A DNA stretch of 64,000 nt, taken from NCBI GenBank assembly GCA_027021705.1, contig JALUTT010000056.1:64001-128000 (forward strand), read 5' to 3'. Every line of letters begins with the position of its first letter. Position 1 is the stretch's first letter. The notes below the pieces were generated by a model. The model was not told the origin of the DNA and did not search any database. It saw only the letters and a list, made by a program, of their open reading frames with translations. Made by a program: the position numbers and the translations under genes. The DNA is from Anaerolineae bacterium. Its GTDB lineage: Bacteria; Chloroflexota; Anaerolineae; S140-20. Positions 20,653 through 29,165 of this stretch are shown one piece after another.

Positions 20653-23600
20653 CTATTGGGCCTCGATCCGCACCGGCAGGGGGAGGGCGTCGGCGCCGTC
20701 GGGGGCGACCAGCCGTTGGCCGCTCTCCGGGTCGTAGAGCCCCGCGCTCAGCGTGTAAACGCCCGCCGGCAATGCCCCCGGCAGTTTCAGCACCCGCTCG
20801 TCCACCACCACCTCCCCCGGCAACCACCCCGTCGTCGGGCGCCTCCACCCCGCCGGCACCCCATCCGACTGGGCCACCATCTCCCCCCCAGGCCCCCGCA
20901 GGTGCAGGAAGACGTGATAGCTCCGCTCCATCTCCGCCTCCGCCCGCCAGACCAGCGTCACCGTCAGCACCCCGCCGGGCTCCAACGCCACCACCGGCCC
21001 CTCCATCGGCGTCAAGTTCGCCCCCAGCAGCGTCGCCCGCCCTCCCAGCGTCACCCCCACAGGCAGGGCCGGCGGCGGGGCCTCCCACACCCGCGCCGGC
21101 GCGTGCAGGGTCAGCTTCCCCCAGGAGAGGGCGGCCCCGTCGGGAAGGACGAGCCGCCAGGTGTAGGCGCCGTCGGCGAGGCCGGCGGGGAGGCGGAGCA
21201 GGCGCTGGGCGCGCCAGAGACCGGCGGGGAGAACGGGCAGGGTGATGGGCCAGGAGGCGGCGACCTCCCCCGCGTCGTCCACCAACCGGAGGGGCACCGC
21301 CTGCTGCGCTCCTGCCTGCGCCCCCTCGGGCGGAGACCAGAAGAGGGTGACGAGGGCGGGGTCGCCGGGGGCGGCCTCGGCGCGGTCCACGGCGGCTCCC
21401 CAGAAGCAGGGGCGGTCGGGGGGTGGCGGGGTGCACGCCTCCAGCCGGTAGGGCATCGCCACCGCTGTCGGGTCCCAGGGCCGGCGGGGGGGCGTCACCC
21501 GCACCCGGCCCAGCTCCACCCAGGGGCCCAGGCTTCGACCGGATGGGTCGTAGATGGTGAGGGGCGTCAGCGTCTCCCGCTCGAAGAGGCTCAGCCGCAG
21601 CGTGTAATCCCCCGGCGGTGTCCCCGGCAGAGGGTCCACCAGGAAGGCGGTAAGGGCGTAGCCCTCGGCGGGCCACTCGTAGGTGGGCGGGGGGTTGCGA
21701 TACCAGCGGGAGTCCCGCAGGCCCGCCGCCGACCAGCGCAGGCCGGCCTCGTCCACCAGCGTCAGCCCCACCCGGTAGTCGCCCCTCCCCACGACCAGGG
21801 GACGCCAGTAGAGGACGACCTCCAGGGGGCCGTCGGCGGGTAGGGCCTCCGGGAGCCGCCGGTGGCCCAGCAGGGCCAGCCGCGCCTGGGCCGGATCGGG
21901 GCTGCCGAAGGTGAGCGGGAGAGGGCGATCCAAGCCCGCCAGCCCCCCCGTCGGCCCCAGCCGTGAGCGGCGCAACGGTGTGGCTCCTTGGTCCACCAGC
22001 AGGAGCTTCAGGGCGAGGAGCAGCAGGCCGAGGAGGACGTAGGGCCACAGGGCCACGGTCTCTCGGTCGAGAGGATGGGATCTCGGGCGGGCAGTCCCCA
22101 GGGCAGCGAGCAGCAGGATCAGGCTGAGCAGCGAGAGCCCGTCGGCCAGGAGCCGCAGAGGGGTCTCCTCGAAGCGGAGGACGACGGTGTGGCGACCGGC
22201 CGGCAGGTCGAGAGCGATCAGCCCTTCGGGGTCCGTGGGAACGATGGGCACCGGCTCGCCGTCCAGCCAGGCCCGCCAGCCGGGGAAGTAGAAGGCCCGG
22301 AGACGGGCCTGGAAGGCCACCGGCGTCTCCACCTCGACCCGAAGGTCGAGGGGGCCGTAGTCGGCCTGGAGGAGCCGACCGCCCTCGGGCAGATCGGCGA
22401 GGGGGAACCGCGCCTCCCAGGGCGGTCGGTCCCCCTCGTCCTGAGGCATCCGCCGGACCCAGATGGGCAGCAGTTCCCCTTTGGCCGTGGTGCCCAGGGT
22501 GTGGGTAGTCCGCTCCCAGGCGACCATTCCCTGGAGAGTCGTGTCGGCCGGCGGCGGGCAGCGGCGGGGGTAGAACCAGCCCCAGTGGCCCATCCCCAGC
22601 AGGAGGAGGAAGACCGGAGGGAGCAACAGAGGAACCCAGCGGGCGAGAGCGGTCCGGCTCCCGACGGCGGCATCGGACCGGTGGGTGCGCGGAACCGATC
22701 TGCCCTCCACGGGAGCCCCGGTCAGGAGAGCAGCGATCAGGGTGGCCGGGGCCAGGAAGCGCCACGGGAACTGGAAGGCGGCCAGGGGAGGCAGGGCGTC
22801 CCACAGGGGCCGGGAGAGGGGCAAGGCCAGCAGGAGGTAGCCGGCCAGGGCCAGGAGGAGCAGTCCCGTGAGGATGCGTCGTTCGCGGTCCCGTCGGAGG
22901 CCGACCAGCCCTCCCCCCAGGGCCAGGACCAGGAGGAGCCCTCCCAGCCCCCGGGGGGGCCAGTCGTTGATGAGGGTGGGATCGGCATTGCGGGGCAGGG
23001 CCAACATCTGGTCCAAGGGGAGGAAGTTGTAGGCGTACTGGAAGGGCCAGGCGCTCTGGGCCCGCTGAAACTGGATGGTGCCTCGTTCCAAGAGAGCCGG
23101 CAGCCAGAAGAGGGCACTTCCCCCCAGCCCCAGGGCCAGGGCCAGCCCTCCTCGCCCTAGGGAACCCAAGAGCGGCCCGTGGCTGTGGGTCCCTGCGGGG
23201 CGGGGAGGCCGGGGTGCCCGGTCGGACTCTCCCAGGGCGACGGCCAGCATCCATCCTAGGAAGAGGGGGAGGAAAGCGTAGGCCGAGACATCGTGGGTCA
23301 ACATCAAGGCGACCAGCCCCAGGACGGCGGCGGCCAGCCCTCGGCGCTCCCTCCATCGCTGCCAACGACGAAGCCCCCACAGGACGAGAGGGGGAAAGCT
23401 CCAGGCCAACGTCTCCGAGAGGCTGGCCCGGTAGAAGGCGACGTAAGCGTGGAAGGGGGCGTAGAGGAAGGCGATGGCCGCAGCCCAACCGCCGGACTCT
23501 CCCCACAGGTCCCGGGCCAGCAGCCAGAGGGTCAAGCCGGAGAGGAGCAGTCCCAGCCCATAGGTGGCGTTGAGGGCCAGAGACCACGGGAGCCCCACCA

Positions 23601-23868
23601 GGTTCAAGCCGGCCGCCAGGAGGGCGGAGAGGGGGGCCTGAAACAGGAAGAGGGGATAGCCATAACCGTGGGCCATATGGGGAGCCCAACGAGAGAAGAG
23701 GACCCCCTGGCGCAGCAGCGCCCCCACCTCTACGGCGCGCCAGAGATGGAAGACGTTGTCATAGCCACAGGTGAGGTCCTGACTCAGAAGGGGCTGGAGG
23801 GCCGGCAGGGCCAACAGCAGCAGCAGCAATGGGATGGCGAAGGCTCTTCGCATCCGTGGGTCTCGCAT
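20653..23868 (-). CDS. Large multi-TM membrane protein, GT-C-like (PTPS-related/YfhO-type) with repeated C-terminal Ig-like domains
   Basis: RWAP..A.GYGYPLF, FQFPWRFL and YFPGW.A..DG motifs, many TM segments, and repeated L.V.L.W...Y.V...P...P.G.Y.L modules. Start at 23868 or 23853. Confidence 0.8.
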   Translation of the reverse strand: MRDPRMRRAFAIPLLLLLLALPALQPLLSQDLTCGYDNVFHLWRAVEVGALLRQGVLFSRWAPHMAHGYGYPLFLFQAPLSALLAAGLNLVGLPWSLALNATYGLGLLLSGLTLWLLARDLWGESGGWAAAIAFLYAPFHAYVAFYRASLSETLAWSFPPLVLWGLRRWQRWRERRGLAAAVLGLVALMLTHDVSAYAFLPLFLGWMLAVALGESDRAPRPPRPAGTHSHGPLLGSLGRGGLALALGLGGSALFWLPALLERGTIQFQRAQSAWPFQYAYNFLPLDQMLALPRNADPTLINDWPPRGLGGLLLVLALGGGLVGLRRDRERRILTGLLLLALAGYLLLALPLSRPLWDALPPLAAFQFPWRFLAPATLIAALLTGAPVEGRSVPRTHRSDAAVGSRTALARWVPLLLPPVFLLLLGMGHWGWFYPRRCPPPADTTLQGMVAWERTTHTLGTTAKGELLPIWVRRMPQDEGDRPPWEARFPLADLPEGGRLLQADYGPLDLRVEVETPVAFQARLRAFYFPGWRAWLDGEPVPIVPTDPEGLIALDLPAGRHTVVLRFEETPLRLLADGLSLLSLILLLAALGTARPRSHPLDRETVALWPYVLLGLLLLALKLLLVDQGATPLRRSRLGPTGGLAGLDRPLPLTFGSPDPAQARLALLGHRRLPEALPADGPLEVVLYWRPLVVGRGDYRVGLTLVDEAGLRWSAAGLRDSRWYRNPPPTYEWPAEGYALTAFLVDPLPGTPPGDYTLRLSLFERETLTPLTIYDPSGRSLGPWVELGRVRVTPPRRPWDPTAVAMPYRLEACTPPPPDRPCFWGAAVDRAEAAPGDPALVTLFWSPPEGAQAGAQQAVPLRLVDDAGEVAASWPITLPVLPAGLWRAQRLLRLPAGLADGAYTWRLVLPDGAALSWGKLTLHAPARVWEAPPPALPVGVTLGGRATLLGANLTPMEGPVVALEPGGVLTVTLVWRAEAEMERSYHVFLHLRGPGGEMVAQSDGVPAGWRRPTTGWLPGEVVVDERVLKLPGALPAGVYTLSAGLYDPESGQRLVAPDGADALPLPVRIEAQ

Positions 23869-23945
23869 TCCTTGGGAGCGCAGGCAAGTAGTCCCAATGA
23901 TACCACACCGGCTGGCAAAGGACAACAGGCGGGAGAGGGGGGAAA

Positions 23946-23973
23946 TTGACAGGGCAGGCAACAACGGTATAAT
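23946..23973 (+). promoter_or_regulatory. Promoter for modABC
   Basis: TTGACA-16bp-TATAAT. Confidence 0.75.
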
Positions 23974-23996
23974 TCGGGGGACTCTTGGAGCAGACG

Positions 23997-24839
23997 ATGA
24001 CCCCTCTCAAAGCCTTGGCCGAGCCGACGGGAGTGGATCTCCTCAAGCCTCAGCGGGTCTGGGGGCCCTGGCGGCTGGTGACCCTCATCCTGCTCCTGGT
24101 GGGGCTGCTTCCGGCCTGCCGCCGGACCGACGGCGATGGACCGCAGCGCCCCGTCACGCTGACCGTCTCGGCGGCGTCCGACCTCACCCTCGCCTTCCGG
24201 GAGATCGGCCGGGAGTTCGAGGAGGAAACAGGCATCCGGGTGCGCTTCAACTTCGGTTCCAGCGGCCAACTGGCCCAGCAGATCGAGCAGGGTGCGCCCG
24301 TGGACCTCTTCGCCTCGGCCAACGTGGCCTACATCGAAGAGCTGGAGGAGCGGGGGTTGATCCTCCCCGACACGAAGCAGGTCTACGCCCGAGGCCGGAT
24401 CATCCTCTGGACCCGGGCCGACAGCCCGCTGCAGATCGAAGGGATCGAGGAGCTGGCCCGCCCCCAGGTGGAGCGGATCGCCATCGCCAACCCAGACCAC
24501 GCCCCCTACGGCGTCGCCGCCCGACAGGCCCTCCAGACAGCCGGCCTCTGGGAGGCGATCCAGCCCAAGCTGGTGCTGGGTGAGAACGTGCGCCAGACCC
24601 TTCAGTACGCCGAGACGGGCAACGTGGATGTGGCCATCGTCGCCCTCTCACTGGGTGTGGGGGGAGAAGGGCGCTGGGTGCTGATCCCTGAGGCACTCCA
24701 CCGGCCCATAGACCAAGCGATGGCCGTCGTCCGGGGCACGCCCCACGAAGAGGAGGCCCGTCGGTTCGCCGCCTTCGTCAGCGGTCCCCAGGGACGGCCG
24801 ATCTTGCGCCGGTACGGCTTTACCCTGCCCGGCGAGTGA
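23997..24839 (+). CDS. modA: Molybdate ABC transporter substrate-binding lipoprotein
   Basis: AASDL, FGSSGQL, DLFASAN, APYG and GENVRQ motifs; lipobox LPAC. Confidence 0.92.
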   Translation: MTPLKALAEPTGVDLLKPQRVWGPWRLVTLILLLVGLLPACRRTDGDGPQRPVTLTVSAASDLTLAFREIGREFEEETGIRVRFNFGSSGQLAQQIEQGAPVDLFASANVAYIEELEERGLILPDTKQVYARGRIILWTRADSPLQIEGIEELARPQVERIAIANPDHAPYGVAARQALQTAGLWEAIQPKLVLGENVRQTLQYAETGNVDVAIVALSLGVGGEGRWVLIPEALHRPIDQAMAVVRGTPHEEEARRFAAFVSGPQGRPILRRYGFTLPGE

Positions 24840-24906
24840 GTGTCCATCCTGGCCCTCTCGCCGATCGGAGCGCTGTAGCGGCCTTTCTTCAGAGGGAGCA
24901 ACGGTT

Positions 24907-25548
24907 ATGGACTGGCAGCCCCTTCTCCTGTCGCTCCGGGTGACGGCGGTCGCCGTCGTCCTCATCTTCGGGGTGGGATTGGCTCTGGCCGTCCTCCTGG
25001 CCCGGAGCCGTTTTCCCGGCCAGACCCTGCTGGAGACGGTGATCAACCTGCCCCTGGTGTTGCCCCCCAGCGTGGTGGGCTACTACCTGCTGCTGGCCTT
25101 GGGGCGGGGGAGTCCGCTGGCCGAGGGGTTGGGGGTGCGCCTGCTCTTCACCTGGCCGGCCGCTGCCCTCGCCTCGGCCAGCGTCGGGCTGCCGCTGATG
25201 GTCCAGGCCGCCCGGGCGGCCATCGCCAGCGTGGACCCGGCCCTGGAGAACGCCGCCCGCACCCTGGGCTCCTCGGAGCCGGAGGTCTTCTGGCGGGTCA
25301 CCTTCCCTCTGGCCCGGCGGGGGATCTTGGCCGGCCTGGTGCTGAGCGCCGCTCGCGCCCTGGGGGAGTTTGGGGCTACCCTGATGGTGGCCGGCAACAT
25401 CCCCGGACGCACCCAGACGCTCCCTCTGGCCATCTACGATGCGGTCCAGAACCGCCAGTACGCTATGGCCAACCAGATGGTCCTGCTGATGACGGTCCTC
25501 GCCTTCCTCAGCCTGATTCTGGTGCGCCGGCTGGAGCAGACCGGCTGA
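24907..25548 (+). CDS. modB: Molybdate ABC transporter permease
   Basis: LPLVLPPSVVGY and ARALGEFGATLMVAGNIPGRTQT. Confidence 0.95.
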   Translation: MDWQPLLLSLRVTAVAVVLIFGVGLALAVLLARSRFPGQTLLETVINLPLVLPPSVVGYYLLLALGRGSPLAEGLGVRLLFTWPAAALASASVGLPLMVQAARAAIASVDPALENAARTLGSSEPEVFWRVTFPLARRGILAGLVLSAARALGEFGATLMVAGNIPGRTQTLPLAIYDAVQNRQYAMANQMVLLMTVLAFLSLILVRRLEQTG

Positions 25549-25567
25549 GGCAGGAGTTCTGACAACG

Positions 25568-26731
25568 ATGCCCTCAACCCGCTTGGTGGCCGACATCGAG
25601 AAGCAACTGGAGCACTTCCGCCTGGCCCTTCGGCTGGAGGTGGGGACCGAGGTCCTGGTCCTCTTCGGTCCCTCCGGCGCGGGCAAGACGACGGTCCTGA
25701 ACGCCATCGCCGGGCTGATGACCCCCGATGCCGGGGAGATCACGCTGGACGGGCGGCCCTTCTTCCGACGTCACCGCCCCGGGCCGGCGGTGAACCTGCC
25801 GGCCCGCAAGCGGCGGATCGGCTACGTCTTCCAGCAGTACGCCCTCTTCCCCCATCTGACGGCGCTGGAGAACGTGGCCTACCCCCTGCGACGCCGGCGG
25901 GACGGGCCTCAGCAGGCGATGGCCCTCCTGAAGAAGATGGGCATCGCCCACCTGGCCCATCGTTACCCCCACGAGATGTCCGGCGGCCAGCAACAGCGGG
26001 TCGCCATCGCCCGGGCCCTGGCCGCCGACCCCCAGGTCCTCCTCCTGGACGAGCCCTTCTCGGCGCTGGACACCACCTTGCGCGAACGGCTCCAGCGGGA
26101 GCTGCGCGACCTGCAGCGGGAGCTGGAGCTGGTGGTGCTCTACGTAACCCACAGCTTGGAAGATGCCTTCGCCGTGGGCCATCGGCTGGCGGTCATCCGT
26201 CAAGGGCAGGTCGAGCAGATGGGGCCGGTGGAGGCCGTCTTCCGCCGCCCGACGAACCGCCAGGTGGCGGAGATCATGGGCATCCGTAACCTCTTCCACG
26301 CCCGCGTGGTGGAACGGAGGGCGACAGGCTTGGTGCTGGATTGGGACGGGCTGCGGCTGGAAGCGCCCCCCCAGCCGGCCGGGGTGGGGGAGGTGGTGAC
26401 CGCCTACATCCGCCCCGAGGACATCAAGGTGCTCTACCCCGACCGACCCTTGCGGCCCATCCTCCGGCCCAACCAGGTGGTCGGTCGGATCGTGCAACGG
26501 CAGCCCAACTCCAGCTTCCAGACCCTGCGGGTCGCCCTGGCCAACGGCCACCAGGTGGAGATCCGGTTCCCCGTCTACGCCTACGCGCCCCTTTCGCTGA
26601 GGCCGGGGGAGGAGGTCCACCTCTCCCTCCGCAAAGATGGGTTGGTGATCCTCCACCCGCCCCCCTCGCGCCGGTCGGGCTCGGAGCCGTCGGGCTTGGA
26701 AAGCCCTCCTACGGCAGCAGACCGGATGTAG
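25568..26731 (+). CDS. modC: Molybdate ABC transporter ATP-binding protein with TOBE domain
   Basis: GPSGAGKT, MSGGQQQR and LLLDEPF. Confidence 0.9.
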   Translation: MPSTRLVADIEKQLEHFRLALRLEVGTEVLVLFGPSGAGKTTVLNAIAGLMTPDAGEITLDGRPFFRRHRPGPAVNLPARKRRIGYVFQQYALFPHLTALENVAYPLRRRRDGPQQAMALLKKMGIAHLAHRYPHEMSGGQQQRVAIARALAADPQVLLLDEPFSALDTTLRERLQRELRDLQRELELVVLYVTHSLEDAFAVGHRLAVIRQGQVEQMGPVEAVFRRPTNRQVAEIMGIRNLFHARVVERRATGLVLDWDGLRLEAPPQPAGVGEVVTAYIRPEDIKVLYPDRPLRPILRPNQVVGRIVQRQPNSSFQTLRVALANGHQVEIRFPVYAYAPLSLRPGEEVHLSLRKDGLVILHPPPSRRSGSEPSGLESPPTAADRM

Positions 26732-27010
26732 GAGGCCCTTCCAGGGCCGAGCTTCCGGGCCGAACGCACGTCGAGCTTGGAAAGCTCTCCTACAGCAGCA
26801 GACCGGATGTAGGAGGCCCTTCCAGGGCCGAGCTTCCGGGCCGAACGCACGTCGAGCTTGGAAAGCTCTCCTACAGCAGCAGACCGGGCGTAGGAGGCCC
26901 TTCCAGGGCCGAGCTTCCGGGCCGAACGCACGTCGAGCTTGGAAAGCTCTCCTACAGCAGCAGACCGGGCGTAGGAGGCCCTTCCAGGGCCGAGCTTCCG
27001 GGCCGAACGC
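26695..27010. repeat. Tandem array of GTAG-type REP pairs (81-bp unit, ~4 copies; BIME/REPIN-like)
   Basis: CTTGGAAAG recurs at 26695, 26776, 26857 and 26938. Each unit holds GTAGGA-GGCCCT-TCC-AGGGCC-GA and an inverted GTAGGA-GAGCTT-TCC-AAGCTC-GA. Lies between convergent genes. Confidence 0.92.
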
Positions 27011-27834
27011 TAGCCGCTCCGGTGGAGCTTGCCGGCCCGCTTGGCGTACCGCTCCGCCAGGCCGAAGACCCACAGCCCAACGGGAACGGCTATCAGGCCC
27101 ATCACCAGCACCGGCCAGACGTAGGGCCAGAGGCGCAGGGTAGGCAGCCCCTCCAGCAGCGCCCGACGGGTCCCCTCCAGTACGTAGGTGGCCGGGCTGA
27201 GGATGGCCAACCGCTGCAGGAAGGCGGGCAGCACCTCCACCGGGTAGTAGACGCCCGAGACCAGCAGCAGCATAGCGATGACGACGTGGGTCATCTGGGA
27301 GCCCCGCTCCGGGAACAGGAGGGGCAGGATCGAGGCCATAATCCCCACGCCGATGAAGGAGAGGCTGCCGGCCATCAGCATCAGTGTGCCGCCGAAGAGG
27401 TTGGCCCCCTTTAGGCTGATGTCGAAGAGCAACACCGTCACCAACAGGATGACGGCGGTGAAGGCCAGGCTGTAGAGGACGGCGAAGAGGGTCTGGCCGG
27501 CCATGTGGGTGATGCGCCGGATGGGGGCCATCAGGGTGTACTCGATGGTCCCCTCCCAGCGCTCCATCCCGATCACGTCGGTGATCCAGTAGAAGATCAT
27601 CGAGAGATAGCGCCAAACCAGCGTCCCGATCACCAGGTAGAGCACCAAGAAGCGGGCATCCATCTCTTGACCGCTGATCCGCTCCATTCCCAGGCCAATG
27701 TAGCTGACGGAGAGGCTGTTGGCGATGGAGTAGACCAGCCAGACCATCTCCCAGGACCAGTACCGTTTAACCAGGTTGGCGTTGCGCTCCACAAAGGCGT
27801 AAGAGGCACGCAGTTGGTGTAGGGCCATTGACAT
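27010..27834 (-). CDS. ABC-2 type exporter permease
   Basis: Six TM segments, ERWEGTIE and SGVYYPVEVLP. Confidence 0.9.
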   Translation of the reverse strand: MSMALHQLRASYAFVERNANLVKRYWSWEMVWLVYSIANSLSVSYIGLGMERISGQEMDARFLVLYLVIGTLVWRYLSMIFYWITDVIGMERWEGTIEYTLMAPIRRITHMAGQTLFAVLYSLAFTAVILLVTVLLFDISLKGANLFGGTLMLMAGSLSFIGVGIMASILPLLFPERGSQMTHVVIAMLLLVSGVYYPVEVLPAFLQRLAILSPATYVLEGTRRALLEGLPTLRLWPYVWPVLVMGLIAVPVGLWVFGLAERYAKRAGKLHRSG

Positions 27835-27835
27835 C

Positions 27836-28675
27836 TCAGCCTCCCGATTCTGGTTCTTCTTCGGTAAGCGGTCGCCCCGTCAACGCCAGGAAGACGTCCT
27901 CCAGAGTAGGCAGGTCCCCGTTTTGCTGGGGCACCAGGGCTTTCAGGTTGCCGGGGGTGTCAAGGGCCACGATGCGCCCCCGGTCCATAATGGCGATGCG
28001 GTCGCAGAGGACCTCGGCTTCCGCCATATCGTGGGTGGTGAGCAGGATGGTCGTCCCGTGCACCTCCCGCAGCTCCCGCACCACCGCCTGCACCTCCCGC
28101 TTGGAGCGGGGGTCTAGGCCGGTGGTCGGCTCGTCCAGCAGCAATAGGCGGGGGCGGGAGAGGAGGGCGCGGGCGATGGCGACCTTCTGCTGCATGCCGC
28201 GCGACATCTCCTCCATCGGGCGGTAGATGACCCGCTCTTCCAGCCCCAGCCGGGTGAGGATTTCGACCACCTGGCGGCGGATCTCGCGCCCGCCCATTCC
28301 GTAAAGGCGGGCCCCGTACTGCAGGTTCTCCATCGGCGAGAGCTTCTTGAAGAAACTGGCCTCGACCGAGACGCGGTTGATCAGCCGCTGGACCTGCATA
28401 GCCTGTCGGACCACGTCGTAGCCGAAGACCAGGATCTCCCCGCCGTCGGGGAGGAGCAGGGTGGCGATCAGCCGGATCAGGGTGGACTTGCCGGAACCGT
28501 TAGGCCCCAGCACTCCGAAGATCTCCCCCTCCCGCACAGTGAAGGAGACGTGGTCCACAGCGACCACACGGGGTTGTCCATTGCCGCTCCCCCTTTGGCG
28601 CAGGCGCTGCCAGAGGGGGACCCCACGCTTGCCAAAGTGTTTGTACGCCTCACGGACGATGACAGCCTCTGACAT
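27836..28675 (-). CDS. ABC-2 exporter ATP-binding protein (DrrA-like)
   Basis: GPNGSGKST, MSRGMQQK, DEPTTGLDP and C-terminal PTLEDVFL.LTG. Confidence 0.92.
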   Translation of the reverse strand: MSEAVIVREAYKHFGKRGVPLWQRLRQRGSGNGQPRVVAVDHVSFTVREGEIFGVLGPNGSGKSTLIRLIATLLLPDGGEILVFGYDVVRQAMQVQRLINRVSVEASFFKKLSPMENLQYGARLYGMGGREIRRQVVEILTRLGLEERVIYRPMEEMSRGMQQKVAIARALLSRPRLLLLDEPTTGLDPRSKREVQAVVRELREVHGTTILLTTHDMAEAEVLCDRIAIMDRGRIVALDTPGNLKALVPQQNGDLPTLEDVFLALTGRPLTEEEPESGG

Positions 28676-28694
28676 CGTTTCACCTCGCTCGTAA

Positions 28695-28738
28695 GGAAAA
28701 GAAAAAGGCCACGGAGAGGGTCAGGGAACCCCGTGGCC
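28695..28738 (-). terminator. Intrinsic terminator 2 in the ABC exporter leader
   Basis: Minus strand GGCCACGG...CCGTGGCC followed by TTTTTCTTTTCC. Confidence 0.7.
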
Positions 28739-28759
28739 AGGGAAGGGCGAAGACAGGCC

Positions 28760-28800
28760 AAAAGGAAGCGGCCACGGGGCTGGAGTGCGCCCGTGGCCGC
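28760..28800 (-). terminator. Intrinsic terminator 1 in the ABC exporter leader
   Basis: Minus strand GCGGCCACGGG-cgcactccagc-CCCGTGGCCGC followed by TTCCTTTT. Confidence 0.7.
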
Positions 28801-28822
28801 AATAAGGACCGAAAAAGATTAC

Positions 28823-28915
28823 CTACTTTTCAGGGGGCGCACTCCAGAAGTGGAAAGAAACACTGCTGCTAGGAACGGTGCGCAGGCGGATGATGGGGCG
28901 AAAGCCGCCGAACAT
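28823..28915 (-). CDS. Putative 30-aa leader peptide (MFGGFRPIIRLRTVPSSSVSFHFWSAPPEK)
   Basis: Strong AAGGAGG RBS; lies between the promoter and the terminators; its 3' end is complementary to terminator 1. Confidence 0.6.
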   Translation of the reverse strand: MFGGFRPIIRLRTVPSSSVSFHFWSAPPEK

Positions 28916-28970
28916 TGGGTGCGCCTCCTTTCTTGCATCTCTTGCACTGAAGATCGGAAGAAGTGCCAAA

Positions 28971-28999
28971 AGTGTACCACAATTCGGGCAGGGCGTCAA
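28971..28999 (-). promoter_or_regulatory. sigma70 promoter of the ABC exporter operon, adjacent to MITE copy 4
   Basis: Minus strand TTGACG-17bp-TACACT with an extended TG. Confidence 0.75.
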
Positions 29000-29010
29000 G
29001 GTCATTTCCG

Positions 29011-29165
29011 CGGTGATTACCCACAAGTGAGCGAGAGCGTGGTCCGTAGCAGGCCGTCCACGAATTTCTCACCAATGCACGATTGAGGCGGTCCTTCATT
29101 CGTGTATTCGTGCCCCCTTCGTGGACGGCTAGCCTCCCTATCTCCAAAGATATGGGTAATCACCG
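29011..29165. mobile_element. MITE-like element, copy 4 (155 bp, complete)
   Basis: Almost identical to copy 3; flanking 10-bp repeat GTCATTTCCG / GTCCTTTCCG. Confidence 0.9.

Noticed and set aside
20533..20737. Small ORFs starting inside MITE copies (also 29083, 41152, 43028 and 60742)
   Set aside because: They are by-products of the repeat sequence with no RBS or transposase motifs.
26695..27010. CRISPR array
   Set aside because: The 81-bp units are essentially identical, and the structure matches REP doublets rather than repeat-spacer arrays.
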